The notes below the pieces were generated by a model. It was not told the DNA's origin. It worked only from the letters and a program-made list of their open reading frames with translations, and searched no databases. DNA of 52,782 nucleotides from a virus (taxonomy: Duplodnaviria > Caudoviricetes): positions 1 through 52,782 of IMG/VR virus record IMGVR_UViG_3300025674_000059; one strand, written 5' to 3'. A program made the position numbers and the translations under genes. Positions 11,501-21,298 of this stretch are shown here, one piece after another. Position 1 is the first letter of the stretch. Every line of letters begins with the position of its first letter.

Positions 11501-12325
11501 CAGTATTTTACACTGTCCTCTCAGGGCGCAAAAAATATCCGAGAAACTCAACTGGGTCGATTCGTAAATAACCTCGGCAAAATGGCAGAGGATTACCCAG
11601 AGTTAAGAACTGCGCTACAAGAGTATTTTGCTGAAAATGTCGTGCTAGGTTTGCGAGGGACTAAGTTCAGAGGAACGACTCGCGGGGCACGGATGTTAGA
11701 CGCAGCTGGGCCTGAATCTTCTTTTGATATTAAAAGATTAGAAGAGTTAATCCTCACCCCGTTCAACACTGACGCTGAAGCTGCTAGGTTTTTAGAGCCG
11801 ATAGTCGGGGCTGATGAAGCATTTAGGTATGCAAAAGACCTTAGAATCTTAGCTAGAATGGTGAATAAACAGAGAGGATTTGCTGGGAATCCTTTAGAAA
11901 CATATATCGGTAAACAGGCTAGAAAAAACGTAGAAGATCTAAGAGACCGTGGCCCTGCAGGACGAGGATTTATAGATAGAGCGCGTAGAGCGATCTTCGG
12001 CCCCTTAGACCTAACGGCTACTCGTATCGGCATAGCTAGAGACGTCTTTTCTGAAGAATTAGACGAAGCTAAAACACGGTATTTAGGGCAGATTGTTTCC
12101 GACCCTAAAAAACTAAAGGCATATTTAAGGGCAGAACAGTTAAAATTGCCTGCCCTGACAATGTATCAGGTTACTGCGGCTATTGCTCAAGGCCGATCAG
12201 CAAACGTAGGTAGTGAAGAAAACCAAACTGCCCGTGACCGCCTAATAGATGATCTGTCTAGCTTAACAGAAGAGCAAAGAGAAATGCCTGAACGTATATA
12301 TCGTTTACTCGAGGAGATGTTTTGA
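8528..12325 (+). CDS. Large putative internal virion/ejection protein
   Basis: 1265 aa, mostly helical, last large gene of the cluster. Confidence 0.55.
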   Translation: MSSEFLLTKDPFYESDVFGTIATEAGIDAYLDSEGEINSRYRDSEGNIRAYTPKQILDSGGPRANVVQEVQTGQGKQKVALSNPDFFRFAATLEQVLNDPERLQQVQDELGVNVDKLRSDFEAVEPIYSEMHARIGRNRDQALVSTDYEKREQDEEPLVPPAMQVSSGLLGYGLIRGAEAIRGLSFETNEAQREASVLRGVNPRYVENSYEEFAPIDSDYFYRSGVSPVFPTPTEYKNIIRKFDPEAEVELINPRNPQDGLIVKSKFNPFDEERGDYAWLPVANVQPVEEALEGDISPALRELAKFGAQEGAGIAAGGFLTNVAGKVAKNRIQQRLQRKATDIDEGEALYRLPESRFGKAVVEVGATALGVAGTETLIRFGQLALGATEAGGNVQPDLTFERAAEDSGAVFKAALMYGAAGDAFLRSLGAMWSKLTGRPVSSEIIDTMMVEARVLGDKIRRVNNGDADALPEETTPEMRRRITEVVQEGTDSAEQFDELTPAEIIRITQEGSTEAAKRIRQQAQTLGQMSDNEQIIAFEELMSEIALEMPIAGRLEDFHRSNSSLLEQFYTDILRKSGLNPREAEDLGITKETLNDVFTGIRSQKLVSELSEEERALAENMANQQLGQAFALDTSRAGRQQAAENIQEQVSTAQSQAFPDRKSRLIVQRSEELDGTRSQIDGILSREQYNDSQATVKLPKYIKVALEDFLNANKQEGIVFGSEDAAEAAEFIRAILPNRETEGISIQLLLGQGREGGQFLPQRDFTQRELILTRENLSAAVSGHPNKVIREKGQALLDSIDNAIDDNFRQMYRIQTGRKAPENMEKVYDEVGREYQILATKLADQQRDLSARFLVDIAKKDESEIGSFIRTTNPGQVRALVEFISRQEGGLEKLQSIKSTVLESVQREIDVDNVDVGTARNRFNSIMSKNEEQLRALFPEDFVKFENYRDFLTNARESITKSQANVRAINKELEKLADDTGRFPTLTQTLDQYFTLSSQGAKNIRETQLGRFVNNLGKMAEDYPELRTALQEYFAENVVLGLRGTKFRGTTRGARMLDAAGPESSFDIKRLEELILTPFNTDAEAARFLEPIVGADEAFRYAKDLRILARMVNKQRGFAGNPLETYIGKQARKNVEDLRDRGPAGRGFIDRARRAIFGPLDLTATRIGIARDVFSEELDEAKTRYLGQIVSDPKKLKAYLRAEQLKLPALTMYQVTAAIAQGRSANVGSEENQTARDRLIDDLSSLTEEQREMPERIYRLLEEMF

Positions 12326-13872
12326 TGTCCGTTTTCTATAAATCAAAAACACTCTCACAACTTCCAGCGACTGAAGAAGTCGAACCTCCTAAAATGTTCG
12401 GTGGCGGTAATCTTGGTAATTTTAGTATCAATATCGATCCTGAACGTATTGCCGCATATATGGCAAATAACCCCGTAGTTGCCGATACGGTTAGCCAAGC
12501 TCCTCCGCAACGTGTGACTAACACTGCTTCTAATAATGTCTATATTCCTTCTGAAGAAGTTCTTGCATCTGTTGAGGCTGCAGAAAACCCAACATCGTAT
12601 AACTATGAGCTTTATGGCCCTTCGGCTTCTGAAGCAGCGGGTTTTAATCCATATGGCAACAGTGAAGGTATGGGGCCGACCTATAACGAAGCTGATATTG
12701 CCCGTGCAATCGAAGCTAGAAGGGCTGCGGAAGAGCGAGCTGCGGAAGCAGAAGCTGCTAGAGCTGCGGAAGCAGAAGCTGCGGCGGCTAGAGCTGCGGC
12801 AGCAGAAGCGGAATTTGCTAGACGACTAGCTAACGCCGAACTAAGTGCTCAAGAAATTCAAGATCTTATTACAGGCGGAATGTTAAGCGAAGATCAGGTT
12901 CTTGCAATTATTCAAAACTATCAACTTAGCGAAGATCAAATAGCTCAGTTATATACTCAAGGGTTGCTTACTGAAGAACAGATTTTAGCACTAGTCGAAG
13001 GCGAAGTTGCTGCTCAGTTCGATGAAGAGCCTAGCGCCCAAGAAACCGCTGCCGCCGCAGGTTTAACACAAGAACAAGTTCAAGACTTAATTAACGAAGG
13101 CAGACTTACTGAAGATCAAGTCTCTGATTTAATTTCTGGTCAATTAAGTGATTACAACCCGAATGTTGATCTGTCTGGCTATCTTACTGCTGACGATTTA
13201 TCTGGGTATGCAACTACTGAACAAGTTCAAGGGTTAGAAAATTTATTTCAAAATTACTTAACACCTGAACAATTACAAGGGTATCTTCCACAAGAAGGTC
13301 AGTACGTTACTCCTGAGCAATTAGCAGAAGCGACGACTAATGATTATGATTCTGTTATTCAAGGTTTAACAGATCAACTAGGTGAACTTGAAACTAAATA
13401 TCAAGATGTGCAATCTCAATACGAAGCTGACGCAGTTAACCAGCAAATACAGGATACGAAAGAAGAACTCAATAACTATTTTTCAAGTATGGCCCCTAGT
13501 GGCCCACGAACAGGGTCTACATCTCAGTTTAGTTCAGGCACTTCGTTTCTTCCAGGAGGTAGTCCGATGGCCAGTCTTATCGGCAGCCAGCGAGAAGGGC
13601 AAGGTCAAGACGCATTTAGTTCTTACTTAAAAACATTTACTCCCAGTTACAGTGCATACAACGAACCGTTTACTCCTGAAGAATATAACGAACGAAATCA
13701 ACCGTTTACTGGCGGGATGTATAATAATCCGTTTACCGGCGGTATGTCGTACAACCCTGATAAAAAGAACATGGGTGGTCAAGTATCTAACGGTATAATG
13801 GATCTCACTAATTTCGATACGAACGTACAACCGTTTCAAAACGCCTTTCGGCCTAACGTACCAAGGAACTAA
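12325..13872 (+). CDS. Acidic repeat-containing protein, probably virion-associated
   Basis: GAGGAG RBS; AAEAEAAR repeats and L(S/T)EDQV repeats; KNMGG motif. Confidence 0.6.
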   Translation: MSVFYKSKTLSQLPATEEVEPPKMFGGGNLGNFSINIDPERIAAYMANNPVVADTVSQAPPQRVTNTASNNVYIPSEEVLASVEAAENPTSYNYELYGPSASEAAGFNPYGNSEGMGPTYNEADIARAIEARRAAEERAAEAEAARAAEAEAAAARAAAAEAEFARRLANAELSAQEIQDLITGGMLSEDQVLAIIQNYQLSEDQIAQLYTQGLLTEEQILALVEGEVAAQFDEEPSAQETAAAAGLTQEQVQDLINEGRLTEDQVSDLISGQLSDYNPNVDLSGYLTADDLSGYATTEQVQGLENLFQNYLTPEQLQGYLPQEGQYVTPEQLAEATTNDYDSVIQGLTDQLGELETKYQDVQSQYEADAVNQQIQDTKEELNNYFSSMAPSGPRTGSTSQFSSGTSFLPGGSPMASLIGSQREGQGQDAFSSYLKTFTPSYSAYNEPFTPEEYNERNQPFTGGMYNNPFTGGMSYNPDKKNMGGQVSNGIMDLTNFDTNVQPFQNAFRPNVPRN

Positions 13873-13874
13873 TA

Positions 13875-14249
13875 ATGGCTATACCTATGAATGAAATGCC
13901 GAATCGCTTAGATCAAATAAGAGCTGATGCTGAAATGTCAGCTGCGCCCTTGCCCCCTGCCGGTGGTGCCCCAACTCCACCTCCCGCCGGTAGGGGAGCA
14001 CCTATGCCGCCTATGCCTCCGCCTCCTATGGCTGACGCTCCTGCTCCAGAAGAAGATCGCCTAGCTGAACTAATGGGTGGTATGGGCGACGAACCGATGA
14101 TGCCTGAAGAAGATCCGATGGCTGACGTAAAGCCTCAAGACCTTGCAGTAGGTATCGCGCAATCTGCGTTAGATATTTCTGATTCTCCTGAAGAAGCGTT
14201 AGCGGCTGTAGAAGCAGCTGCTGCAGAACTGCGAGCTTTGTTAGCTTAA
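13875..14249 (+). CDS. Pro/Met-rich hypothetical protein
   Basis: AAGGA RBS; low-complexity ORF converging on the helicase gene. Confidence 0.55.
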   Translation: MAIPMNEMPNRLDQIRADAEMSAAPLPPAGGAPTPPPAGRGAPMPPMPPPPMADAPAPEEDRLAELMGGMGDEPMMPEEDPMADVKPQDLAVGIAQSALDISDSPEEALAAVEAAAAELRALLA

Positions 14250-15686
14250 CCAGTTTTCCCACTTTTCGTCGCCTAAGACTTCTTGGGCGAGGTCAAGTTT
14301 GTTACGCAACGCTGTTACGATCTTTTCGTCTACCGTATCTTTGGCTACGAGGTCAACGTAGGTTACGTTGTTCTTTTGGCCAATACGGTGTGCTCTATCT
14401 TCTGATTGCAACCGTTTTTCTAAGTCGAAGTTGTTCGAGTAGTAGATTACGTTTTGCGCTTCGGTAAGCGTGATACCGTACCCACCTGTTTGCGTATTAC
14501 CTACGAAAAACCTGAGCGGTGAATTAGGGTTTTGGAAATCTTTAATAACTCGTTCACGTTCATCGGGGCTTGTATCCCCGAAGTATGCAGCTACCGAATC
14601 AGCTCCGAACAGTCCTTGTAGTGTCTCAACGATCTCTAAGATATTTTGGCGGTAGTTTGCCCAGATAATCACCTTACCCTGCATCTCACCGATAACCTCA
14701 ATAAGTTCGTCGATACGGTTGCTATCTACAGGGGTTTCTACGCCGTCATCGCTTTTTACATGACCGCATATAATCTGGTGTAACCTGAGCAGCTGAGTGA
14801 GTACATTCGTAACACTCACCATTTCTTGATTTTCAAGTTCCGTTATCGCCAGTTCTTTTAATTCAGCGTATAGTTTCTTTTGTTGCGCGGTCAGGGTTAC
14901 TTCTCTCCGGATATACAGTTTTTCCGGTAGGTCGAGGCAGTCGTTTTTAAGTACCCTATAAGAGAACGTATCTAGCTTAGACGTTAGTTCGTCTAGGTTC
15001 CTATACCCTACTACCTGTTTAACGGTACGGCCCCCAAAATAGCGATTTACGACCTCTCCGAAGTGGTTCTGGAAAGAGTAGAACGAGCTGTACCCGAGTA
15101 GGCTTGTTCCAAGCACCTCAGTTTGGCTGTATAAGTCCAGCGGTGATTGGGTTATTGGCGATCCGGTCAAGATCCTACGGAACTTGGTATTCTTTGCCAG
15201 CTTCGTAATAGCCTTGGTTCGCGAGGCTTTTGGGTTTTTAATCGTCGTAGATTCGTCAACCGCGAATAGCACTTGATGACCGAGGATAAAGTTCTCAGTA
15301 AATTTGACACCCTTAGCTGTACTAAACGCTTCGACGTTAATAACGAAGATTTTGAGTTTATCTTCGCCTACGTCGAATAGTTTTATCAGATCAGCTTTTT
15401 CTTGTTTACGAGGGGCAGGAGACCATACCGCGACATGCCGATCGATATATTCCGGCATATGGTCAGGTATCTCTTTCGTAGACCAGTTTTTGTATACGCC
15501 TTTTGGCGCGACGATAACGGCTGCGTTGATCGCACCTTTACCGTACAAAATACCTATGGTGTCGATAAGGACTTTCGATTTACCTGTTCCCATTTCCATA
15601 AAGAAGCCGTAATGAGGCTTGTTCCATGAACGGGTTAACGCCGTCTTTTGATGCGCAAACGGTTGCGTTTTGAATTCGTACTTCAA
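14241..15686 (-). CDS. SNF2/DEAD-like helicase
   Basis: MEMGTGKS (motif I), DEST, LTGSP, GGYGITLT and QSEDRAHRIGQ motifs. Confidence 0.92.
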   Translation of the reverse strand: MKYEFKTQPFAHQKTALTRSWNKPHYGFFMEMGTGKSKVLIDTIGILYGKGAINAAVIVAPKGVYKNWSTKEIPDHMPEYIDRHVAVWSPAPRKQEKADLIKLFDVGEDKLKIFVINVEAFSTAKGVKFTENFILGHQVLFAVDESTTIKNPKASRTKAITKLAKNTKFRRILTGSPITQSPLDLYSQTEVLGTSLLGYSSFYSFQNHFGEVVNRYFGGRTVKQVVGYRNLDELTSKLDTFSYRVLKNDCLDLPEKLYIRREVTLTAQQKKLYAELKELAITELENQEMVSVTNVLTQLLRLHQIICGHVKSDDGVETPVDSNRIDELIEVIGEMQGKVIIWANYRQNILEIVETLQGLFGADSVAAYFGDTSPDERERVIKDFQNPNSPLRFFVGNTQTGGYGITLTEAQNVIYYSNNFDLEKRLQSEDRAHRIGQKNNVTYVDLVAKDTVDEKIVTALRNKLDLAQEVLGDEKWENWLS

Positions 15687-15842
15687 AGCTGTTCCTTTCT
15701 AAGTTCTATAAGTAAGTATATAGAAATAGAATAATAAAGAAATGAATTTCTGAATTCGTAGGAAGCCTGTAATAGATATAATATATTCTATTAGTTTTAC
15801 TCTCTCACAGTTTCCTATGTAGAACAGTAGTTTAGACTCTTA

Positions 15843-15878
15843 TCTATTACTTCTATTACTCTATTAGACGTTTCTGTT
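15843..15878. repeat. AT-rich iteron-like repeat, inverted copy of 34856-34891
   Basis: TCTATTACTTCTATTACTCTATTAGACGTTTCTGTT matches the reverse complement of 34856-34891 at 32/36 positions. Confidence 0.75.
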
Positions 15879-15931
15879 AATTTTTTTATAAAAAATTTTA
15901 TTTTAGATATAGGTAATACAGGAAATAGGGG

Positions 15932-15961
15932 TTTACTTCCGAAAAGGCGCTAAGGTAAGGT
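15932..15961 (+). promoter_or_regulatory. Sigma70-like promoter of the replication operon
   Basis: TTTACT-18 nt-TAAGGT, related to the repeated early promoter. Confidence 0.6.
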
Positions 15962-15987
15962 ATAGCCCTATAAAGGAGAAATTAGAA

Positions 15988-16323
15988 ATGACAGTTTATA
16001 TTGTCCAAGACGTTCCTGGAAGGAACTTCGTCCCTGCAGCTAAGTACGGGGAACTCGTTTCGCTACTCCCAGCGAAAACGAACCTGATGCTTACAACGGG
16101 GCCAGAGGTAGCACGCCTCAAACGAAAGCTCATTGATTTTAATGACGACGATTACTTACTTCTTGTTGGCGACCCTGCCGCTATCGGTCTATGTTGCGCA
16201 GTAGCTGCGGCAATAAATGGCCGGTTTACGGTACTGAAATGGGATCGCCAAGAAATGACGTACTACCCCGTATCGTTCGATATTAGGGGTGGCTCACAAG
16301 AACTAGGAGAATTACATGTCTGA
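15988..16323 (+). CDS. Conserved phage hypothetical protein
   Basis: AAGGAG RBS; DDYLLLVGDP and LKWDRQ...YYP motifs. Confidence 0.75.
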   Translation: MTVYIVQDVPGRNFVPAAKYGELVSLLPAKTNLMLTTGPEVARLKRKLIDFNDDDYLLLVGDPAAIGLCCAVAAAINGRFTVLKWDRQEMTYYPVSFDIRGGSQELGELHV

Positions 16324-16897
16324 TGAAAAAGATACACCGCTATCCTTCGAGGAATTAACAGGTGCAGCTTCGCAAGAAGAATGGAACGAATCGACACTCG
16401 ATAGCGAGTTCGCAAAGATCAGTGCTACTGCAACAAAAATGCAGGAACTGCAAAAAACGATAGCATCTTTAGAAGATGACCTAAAGCAAGCCAAAGAAGT
16501 CCTCCGCGTTGTAGAAGAACAGGAGCTACCCGAGGCGATGCAAGCGGCGAATCTTAAAGAGATTAAACTAACAAACGGTGCCAAAGTCACGATTAACGAG
16601 TTCTATAAAGGGTATATCTCCGAAAAGAACCGCGAAAAAGCGCACGCTTGGCTCCTCGCAAACAACCACGGCGGCATAATTAAGCACGAAGTTAACCTGA
16701 AGTTCGGTAAGGACGAAGGGGATAAAGCTGCAGACGCCGTAGCAAGTCTTCAACAGAAGGGGTTAGACCCAGCTGTTAAAGAGAGTGTTCATCCGCAAAC
16801 GCTAAATGCATTTGTGAAAGAACAGATGACGAGCGGGAAAGACCTTCCTGCAGACCTATTCGGGATATTCGTCGGATCCCGCGCCAAACTAAAATAG
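16316..16897 (+). CDS. Replication-module coiled-coil protein
   Basis: LPEAM, WL...G.IIK and VHPQTLNAFVKEQ motifs, typical of genes upstream of SSB. Confidence 0.7.
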   Translation: MSDEKDTPLSFEELTGAASQEEWNESTLDSEFAKISATATKMQELQKTIASLEDDLKQAKEVLRVVEEQELPEAMQAANLKEIKLTNGAKVTINEFYKGYISEKNREKAHAWLLANNHGGIIKHEVNLKFGKDEGDKAADAVASLQQKGLDPAVKESVHPQTLNAFVKEQMTSGKDLPADLFGIFVGSRAKLK

Positions 16898-16908
16898 AGG
16901 TAACTCAT

Positions 16909-17706
16909 ATGGCTGATAAGAAAGTAGCTGAGGCTTCGTCCTCAGATTTGATACCCTTCGATGACGATTTGTTATCGGCAGGTACTGGACTCGAAGAAGC
17001 GAGTGCAGATGATTACGCGATTCCGTTTTTGCGGATTCTACAATCAATGTCGCCACAGCTTAAAAAGAGCGACGGCAAATATATCCAAGGTGCCGAGGAA
17101 GGAAACTTTTTCAATACCGTTACCGAATCGGTATACGATGGCACTGAAGGCGTGATGATCATCCCTTGTGCCTACAAGAAAAAGTATATCGAATGGGTTA
17201 CACGGGAAAACGGTGGCGGGTTCGTATCTGATGACCATACAGCTTCGATTCTTAAAGAATGTAAGAAAGACGATAACGGTCGGTTTATTTGGACGAATGG
17301 CAACCAGATCGCAGAAACTGCAGAGTATTACTGTATCTTAGCGCAAGACGAAGACGCGCCAGAGCAGGTTTTGTTAAGCCTTACATCCTCGCAGCTTGGC
17401 TTTTCTCGACGTTGGAACACGATGCTGAACAATGCACGTGTTAATAACGCGAAAGGTGAAACGGTAGCTGCGCCGATGTTCTCTTATATGTACAACCTAA
17501 AGACGATTCCTCAATCGAATGACCAGTACAGCTGGATGGGACTATCTGTTGAAAAGAGCAGACCCACCCCGATGCCGCTGGCCATAGCTGCGCTCGACTT
17601 CATGAAAGCCGCACGTTCTGGTGCAGTAGAAGTTAGACAAGAGCAGGAAGGAGCAGCAGCCTCAGCTGAGGCAGAAGTAGTCGACGGAGACGATGTCCCG
17701 TTTTAG
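16909..17706 (+). CDS. Putative single-stranded DNA-binding protein
   Basis: IPFLRILQSMSPQ motif; acidic C-terminal tail DGDDVPF. Confidence 0.7.
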   Translation: MADKKVAEASSSDLIPFDDDLLSAGTGLEEASADDYAIPFLRILQSMSPQLKKSDGKYIQGAEEGNFFNTVTESVYDGTEGVMIIPCAYKKKYIEWVTRENGGGFVSDDHTASILKECKKDDNGRFIWTNGNQIAETAEYYCILAQDEDAPEQVLLSLTSSQLGFSRRWNTMLNNARVNNAKGETVAAPMFSYMYNLKTIPQSNDQYSWMGLSVEKSRPTPMPLAIAALDFMKAARSGAVEVRQEQEGAAASAEAEVVDGDDVPF

Positions 17707-17723
17707 GTTTATAAGGGTGAGCA

Positions 17724-19247
17724 ATGTCAATACACGAGCAGTTTGCCACCCGTTTCGTGGGGTTGAGACACGGTTATAGTGTCTTTACCCCGACGAAAGA
17801 AACACGGGAAGATGGCAAAGCGAAAGGGAAATATGTAACTATTTCACAAACGCTCAACCAGAAAGAGTTATTCGCTATCTGGGCAGAGCATATAAGAGGG
17901 GAAAGAAGCCTCGGTATCGTACCGATTGATGAGAATAATATGTGTTCGTGGGGGGCTATCGACATAGACGATTACCCGCTAGATCTCAAAGCGTTAGCTA
18001 AAAAGATCAAGAAGTTCAAGCTACCTATGGTCGTTACACGATCTAAGAGTGGCGGAGCGCATATCTTTATGTTTGTATTTGACCCAGTTCCTTGTTCTAC
18101 GATGCAACGTAAACTGAGACAAATATCCGCAGCGATAGGCTTTGGTCAGTCTGAGGTATTTCCTAAACAGACTAAGCTCTTGTTAGCAAGAGGAGATAGA
18201 GGAAGTCCGTTACAGATGCCGTATTTTGGCGGCGAAGACTCTACTAGCTATGGGTTCGGTGCCACTGGCAACGTCCTTACGCCAGCCGAGTTTTTAGATT
18301 ACTGTGAAAGTATCGTCCTTACTGAAGAAGAGCTGGATAAGCTCGAAGTCACGCCTATCTTAGAAGATATGGAATGGCTCGACCACTCTCCTCCGTGCCT
18401 AGAACACTTGATCGCTCAAGGATTCCCGAAAGGTATGCGTAACTCTGGGCTGTTTAACGTGGGAGTATTTCTGCGTAAAAAGTTTCCAGACGATTGGGAA
18501 GGTCGGCTAGAGCAGATAAACCACAAACACTTTAGCCCACCGTTGAGTGCGCAAGAAGTGTTGTCGGTAGCAAAGCAAGTTCAGAAAAAGGATTACTTCT
18601 ATAGGTGTAACGACCAGCCGATAGCTGGCCATTGCAACAGCCCACTGTGCCGTACACGCAAGTTCGGTATCGGTGCGTCAGGAGGTACGCCTTTGTTTAG
18701 TAACTTGACTAAACAGAATAGTGATCCACCAATCTGGTTCTTAGATGTCGAAGGCGGCAGGCTAGAACTCGAGACGGAGGAGTTACTTAACCAGACTCGG
18801 TTCCAACGAAAGTGTATGGATAGCCTCAACATTATTCCGCCGAAAGTACGGGATAACGTATGGCGCACTATTATCCAACAGCTTCTCGATACGCTGACCA
18901 TTATTGAAGTACCGAAAGATGCTTCGACAGAAGGTCACTTTAACGAGTTGTTAGAAACATTTTGTACCGAACGACCGGCTAGGGAACGAGACGAGCTACT
19001 ACTTGGTAAACCTTGGACAGATAAAAGCAGGACGTATTTCCGTTTAGCTGACCTAATGGACTTCTTACACCGTAAGAATTTCAGGGATTACCCTCGTAAT
19101 AAGCTAACCGCCAAGCTCAAGAATATGGGCGGCGATTCGCATTTCTTTAACATCAAGGGCAAGGGCGCTAACGTCTGGCATATACCAGAGTTCCAAGCGC
19201 AAAACGAATCCCATTCGTTGCCTGAGTTCAACGACTCACCGTTGTAA
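17724..19247 (+). CDS. AEP-superfamily primase with PriCT-like domain
   Basis: WGAIDIDDY, RSKSGGAH, EVFPKQ, PPCL...G.RN motifs and a Cys cluster. Confidence 0.8.
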   Translation: MSIHEQFATRFVGLRHGYSVFTPTKETREDGKAKGKYVTISQTLNQKELFAIWAEHIRGERSLGIVPIDENNMCSWGAIDIDDYPLDLKALAKKIKKFKLPMVVTRSKSGGAHIFMFVFDPVPCSTMQRKLRQISAAIGFGQSEVFPKQTKLLLARGDRGSPLQMPYFGGEDSTSYGFGATGNVLTPAEFLDYCESIVLTEEELDKLEVTPILEDMEWLDHSPPCLEHLIAQGFPKGMRNSGLFNVGVFLRKKFPDDWEGRLEQINHKHFSPPLSAQEVLSVAKQVQKKDYFYRCNDQPIAGHCNSPLCRTRKFGIGASGGTPLFSNLTKQNSDPPIWFLDVEGGRLELETEELLNQTRFQRKCMDSLNIIPPKVRDNVWRTIIQQLLDTLTIIEVPKDASTEGHFNELLETFCTERPARERDELLLGKPWTDKSRTYFRLADLMDFLHRKNFRDYPRNKLTAKLKNMGGDSHFFNIKGKGANVWHIPEFQAQNESHSLPEFNDSPL

Positions 19248-20740
19248 TGTTAAAATCGAATGCACAAATAATCCTTGGGCCTCCAGGAACAGGGAAAACG
19301 AGCACACTACTAGAGCTATTAGAAGAAGAATTAGATCGGGGGACTTGCCCAGAAGACATTGGGTTCTTCACCTTTACCAAACAAGCGGTACAGGAAGGCA
19401 AGACTAGGGCGATGTCAAGGTTTGCGATAACGAATGGACAGTTACCGTATTTTAGAACCTTACATTCTCTTTGCTTTTTCCAGTTAGGGCTGTCGAAAGA
19501 TAGCGTCATGAGTTCAAGAGATATTGGTGATTTAAACCAGAAGTTGAACTTGCGTCTAACTGGCTCTATTAGTTCCGAAGAAGGACATATCTCGAGCATC
19601 TCTAAAGATGACAGATTATTGTTTATAGAAAACCTTGCTCGAATGAGACAGGTAAATTTAGAAACCCAGTGGCACGATTCTGATGACGTGGTGGGCTGGT
19701 TTGAACTAGAGCGGTTCGCGAACGGATTACGACTGTTTAAGGATGACAGACTGCTTATCGACTATACCGATATGTTGCAACTGTTTTTAGATCGAGGTCG
19801 TGCTCCGAAGTTAGATGTAATGTTCGTAGACGAAGCTCAAGACTTATCGCCGTTACAGTGGGCGGTAGTTCGTAAGTTATGTGAATCAGCGGATCGTATT
19901 TATATCGCAGGCGATGATGATCAAGCGATCTATCGTTGGGCGGGTGCCGACGTTGATTATCTAATTCGTAATTCAAAAGACGCGATGATTTTAAAACAGT
20001 CTTATCGCGTTCCATCTTCGATACATAAGCTCGCGCAAAACTGTATCGGGCAGGTTGTTTCGCGAGTACAGAAAAGCTGGAACCCTCGTAAAGAAGCTGG
20101 ACACGTTTCGTGGGAACCGTCTTACGAAACGATCGACATGGAAAGCGGTGAGTGGTTAGTGCTTGCTAGGACAAACTACTTACTAAATGGGATCGAAGAA
20201 CATTGCCGGTCAGAAGGCTGGTTCTATAAAAGTAAAAACCGCAACTCAGTTTCTGAGAAAAAGGTCAAAGCGGTGCGCGATTGGGAAACTCTACGGCAGG
20301 GCGGCGAAATACCGATCGTAGATCTTACCAAAGTCTTAAACTATATGAAGATCCGCGTACCTATCTCCCTAGAGAGAAACGACTTTGATACTAATATCTC
20401 ATTCGATCAGGCGCAGCAGTTCGTACCTGACCTTAAAAAAGAATATTGGTACGATTTGTTTGACGGAATCTCAGTTTCAGAGCGCAGCTATATCCGTGCG
20501 ATGCTTAGGCGAGGAGAAAAAATAACCAAAGAACCACGGATCAAGCTCTCGACCATCCATGCAGCTAAAGGAGGCGAAGCTGAAAACGTAATCTTGCTAA
20601 CCGATATATCGAACAGGATTTATAAATCGTACCAGTCAAACCCTGACGACGAGTCGCGGGTGTTTTACGTTGGACTAACCCGAGCAAAGGAGAACTTGTT
20701 TTTAATTGAGCCGCAAACTCAAAAATACTTCCCGCTTTAG
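19247..20740 (+). CDS. UvrD/REP-like SF1 helicase
   Basis: GPPGTGKT, DEAQD, GDDDQAIY, STIHAAKGGE and YVGLTRA motifs. Confidence 0.92.
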   Translation: MLKSNAQIILGPPGTGKTSTLLELLEEELDRGTCPEDIGFFTFTKQAVQEGKTRAMSRFAITNGQLPYFRTLHSLCFFQLGLSKDSVMSSRDIGDLNQKLNLRLTGSISSEEGHISSISKDDRLLFIENLARMRQVNLETQWHDSDDVVGWFELERFANGLRLFKDDRLLIDYTDMLQLFLDRGRAPKLDVMFVDEAQDLSPLQWAVVRKLCESADRIYIAGDDDQAIYRWAGADVDYLIRNSKDAMILKQSYRVPSSIHKLAQNCIGQVVSRVQKSWNPRKEAGHVSWEPSYETIDMESGEWLVLARTNYLLNGIEEHCRSEGWFYKSKNRNSVSEKKVKAVRDWETLRQGGEIPIVDLTKVLNYMKIRVPISLERNDFDTNISFDQAQQFVPDLKKEYWYDLFDGISVSERSYIRAMLRRGEKITKEPRIKLSTIHAAKGGEAENVILLTDISNRIYKSYQSNPDDESRVFYVGLTRAKENLFLIEPQTQKYFPL

Positions 20741-20772
20741 TGCTTTACTTTCAGGGGCGTCTAAGGTAAAGT
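20738..20772 (+). promoter_or_regulatory. Repeated early promoter driving the DNA-modification operon
   Basis: TAGTGC-TTTACT-17 nt-TAAAGT. Confidence 0.75.
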
Positions 20773-20797
20773 AGTAAAACCTAGAAAGGAGAAATAA

Positions 20798-21298
20798 ATG
20801 AATATCTTTGTAACTGACTCTTGTCCTGTACAAAGTGCGCGTGAACAATGTGATAAACACTGTGTGAAGATGGTTCTAGAATCTGCTCAGATGTTATCTA
20901 CTGCGTGGCGCGTGTTTGATAACGAATATGCAGAAAAAGAGAACTTGTACAAACAAGCGCATCTAAACCACCCATGTAGTATCTGGGTTCGTGAAGAGCC
21001 AGAAAACTACATCTGGTTATATCGACACTTTTCGGAGTTGTGTAAAGAGTATACACACCGCTACGGTAAAGAACATAAGTCGTCGAGGCTTTTGTGGTCG
21101 CTGTTCTGGCTACCCTTCCCTGATTACCGGATACAACGCGCAAATAAAAATCCAGAGGGCTTTGCGTTAGCAATGCCTGATGAATATAAATCCGAAGATG
21201 TTTACGCTTCGTACCGCAACTACCTGATTGGCGAGAAATCCTATTTCGCTAAATGGGTAAAAGACCCTTCAAGAAAACCAACATGGTGGATTAGTTAA
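20798..21298 (+). CDS. Pyrimidine dimer DNA glycosylase (DenV)-like protein
   Basis: MNIF...DKHCVKMVLESAQML, H.NHPCSIW and EYTHRYGK.H motifs. Confidence 0.75.
   Translation: MNIFVTDSCPVQSAREQCDKHCVKMVLESAQMLSTAWRVFDNEYAEKENLYKQAHLNHPCSIWVREEPENYIWLYRHFSELCKEYTHRYGKEHKSSRLLWSLFWLPFPDYRIQRANKNPEGFALAMPDEYKSEDVYASYRNYLIGEKSYFAKWVKDPSRKPTWWIS

Noticed and set aside
6341-12033. Long antisense ORFs (6341-6898, 9574-9915, 11593-12033)
   Set aside because: Fully nested opposite large genes, no RBS, typical antisense composition
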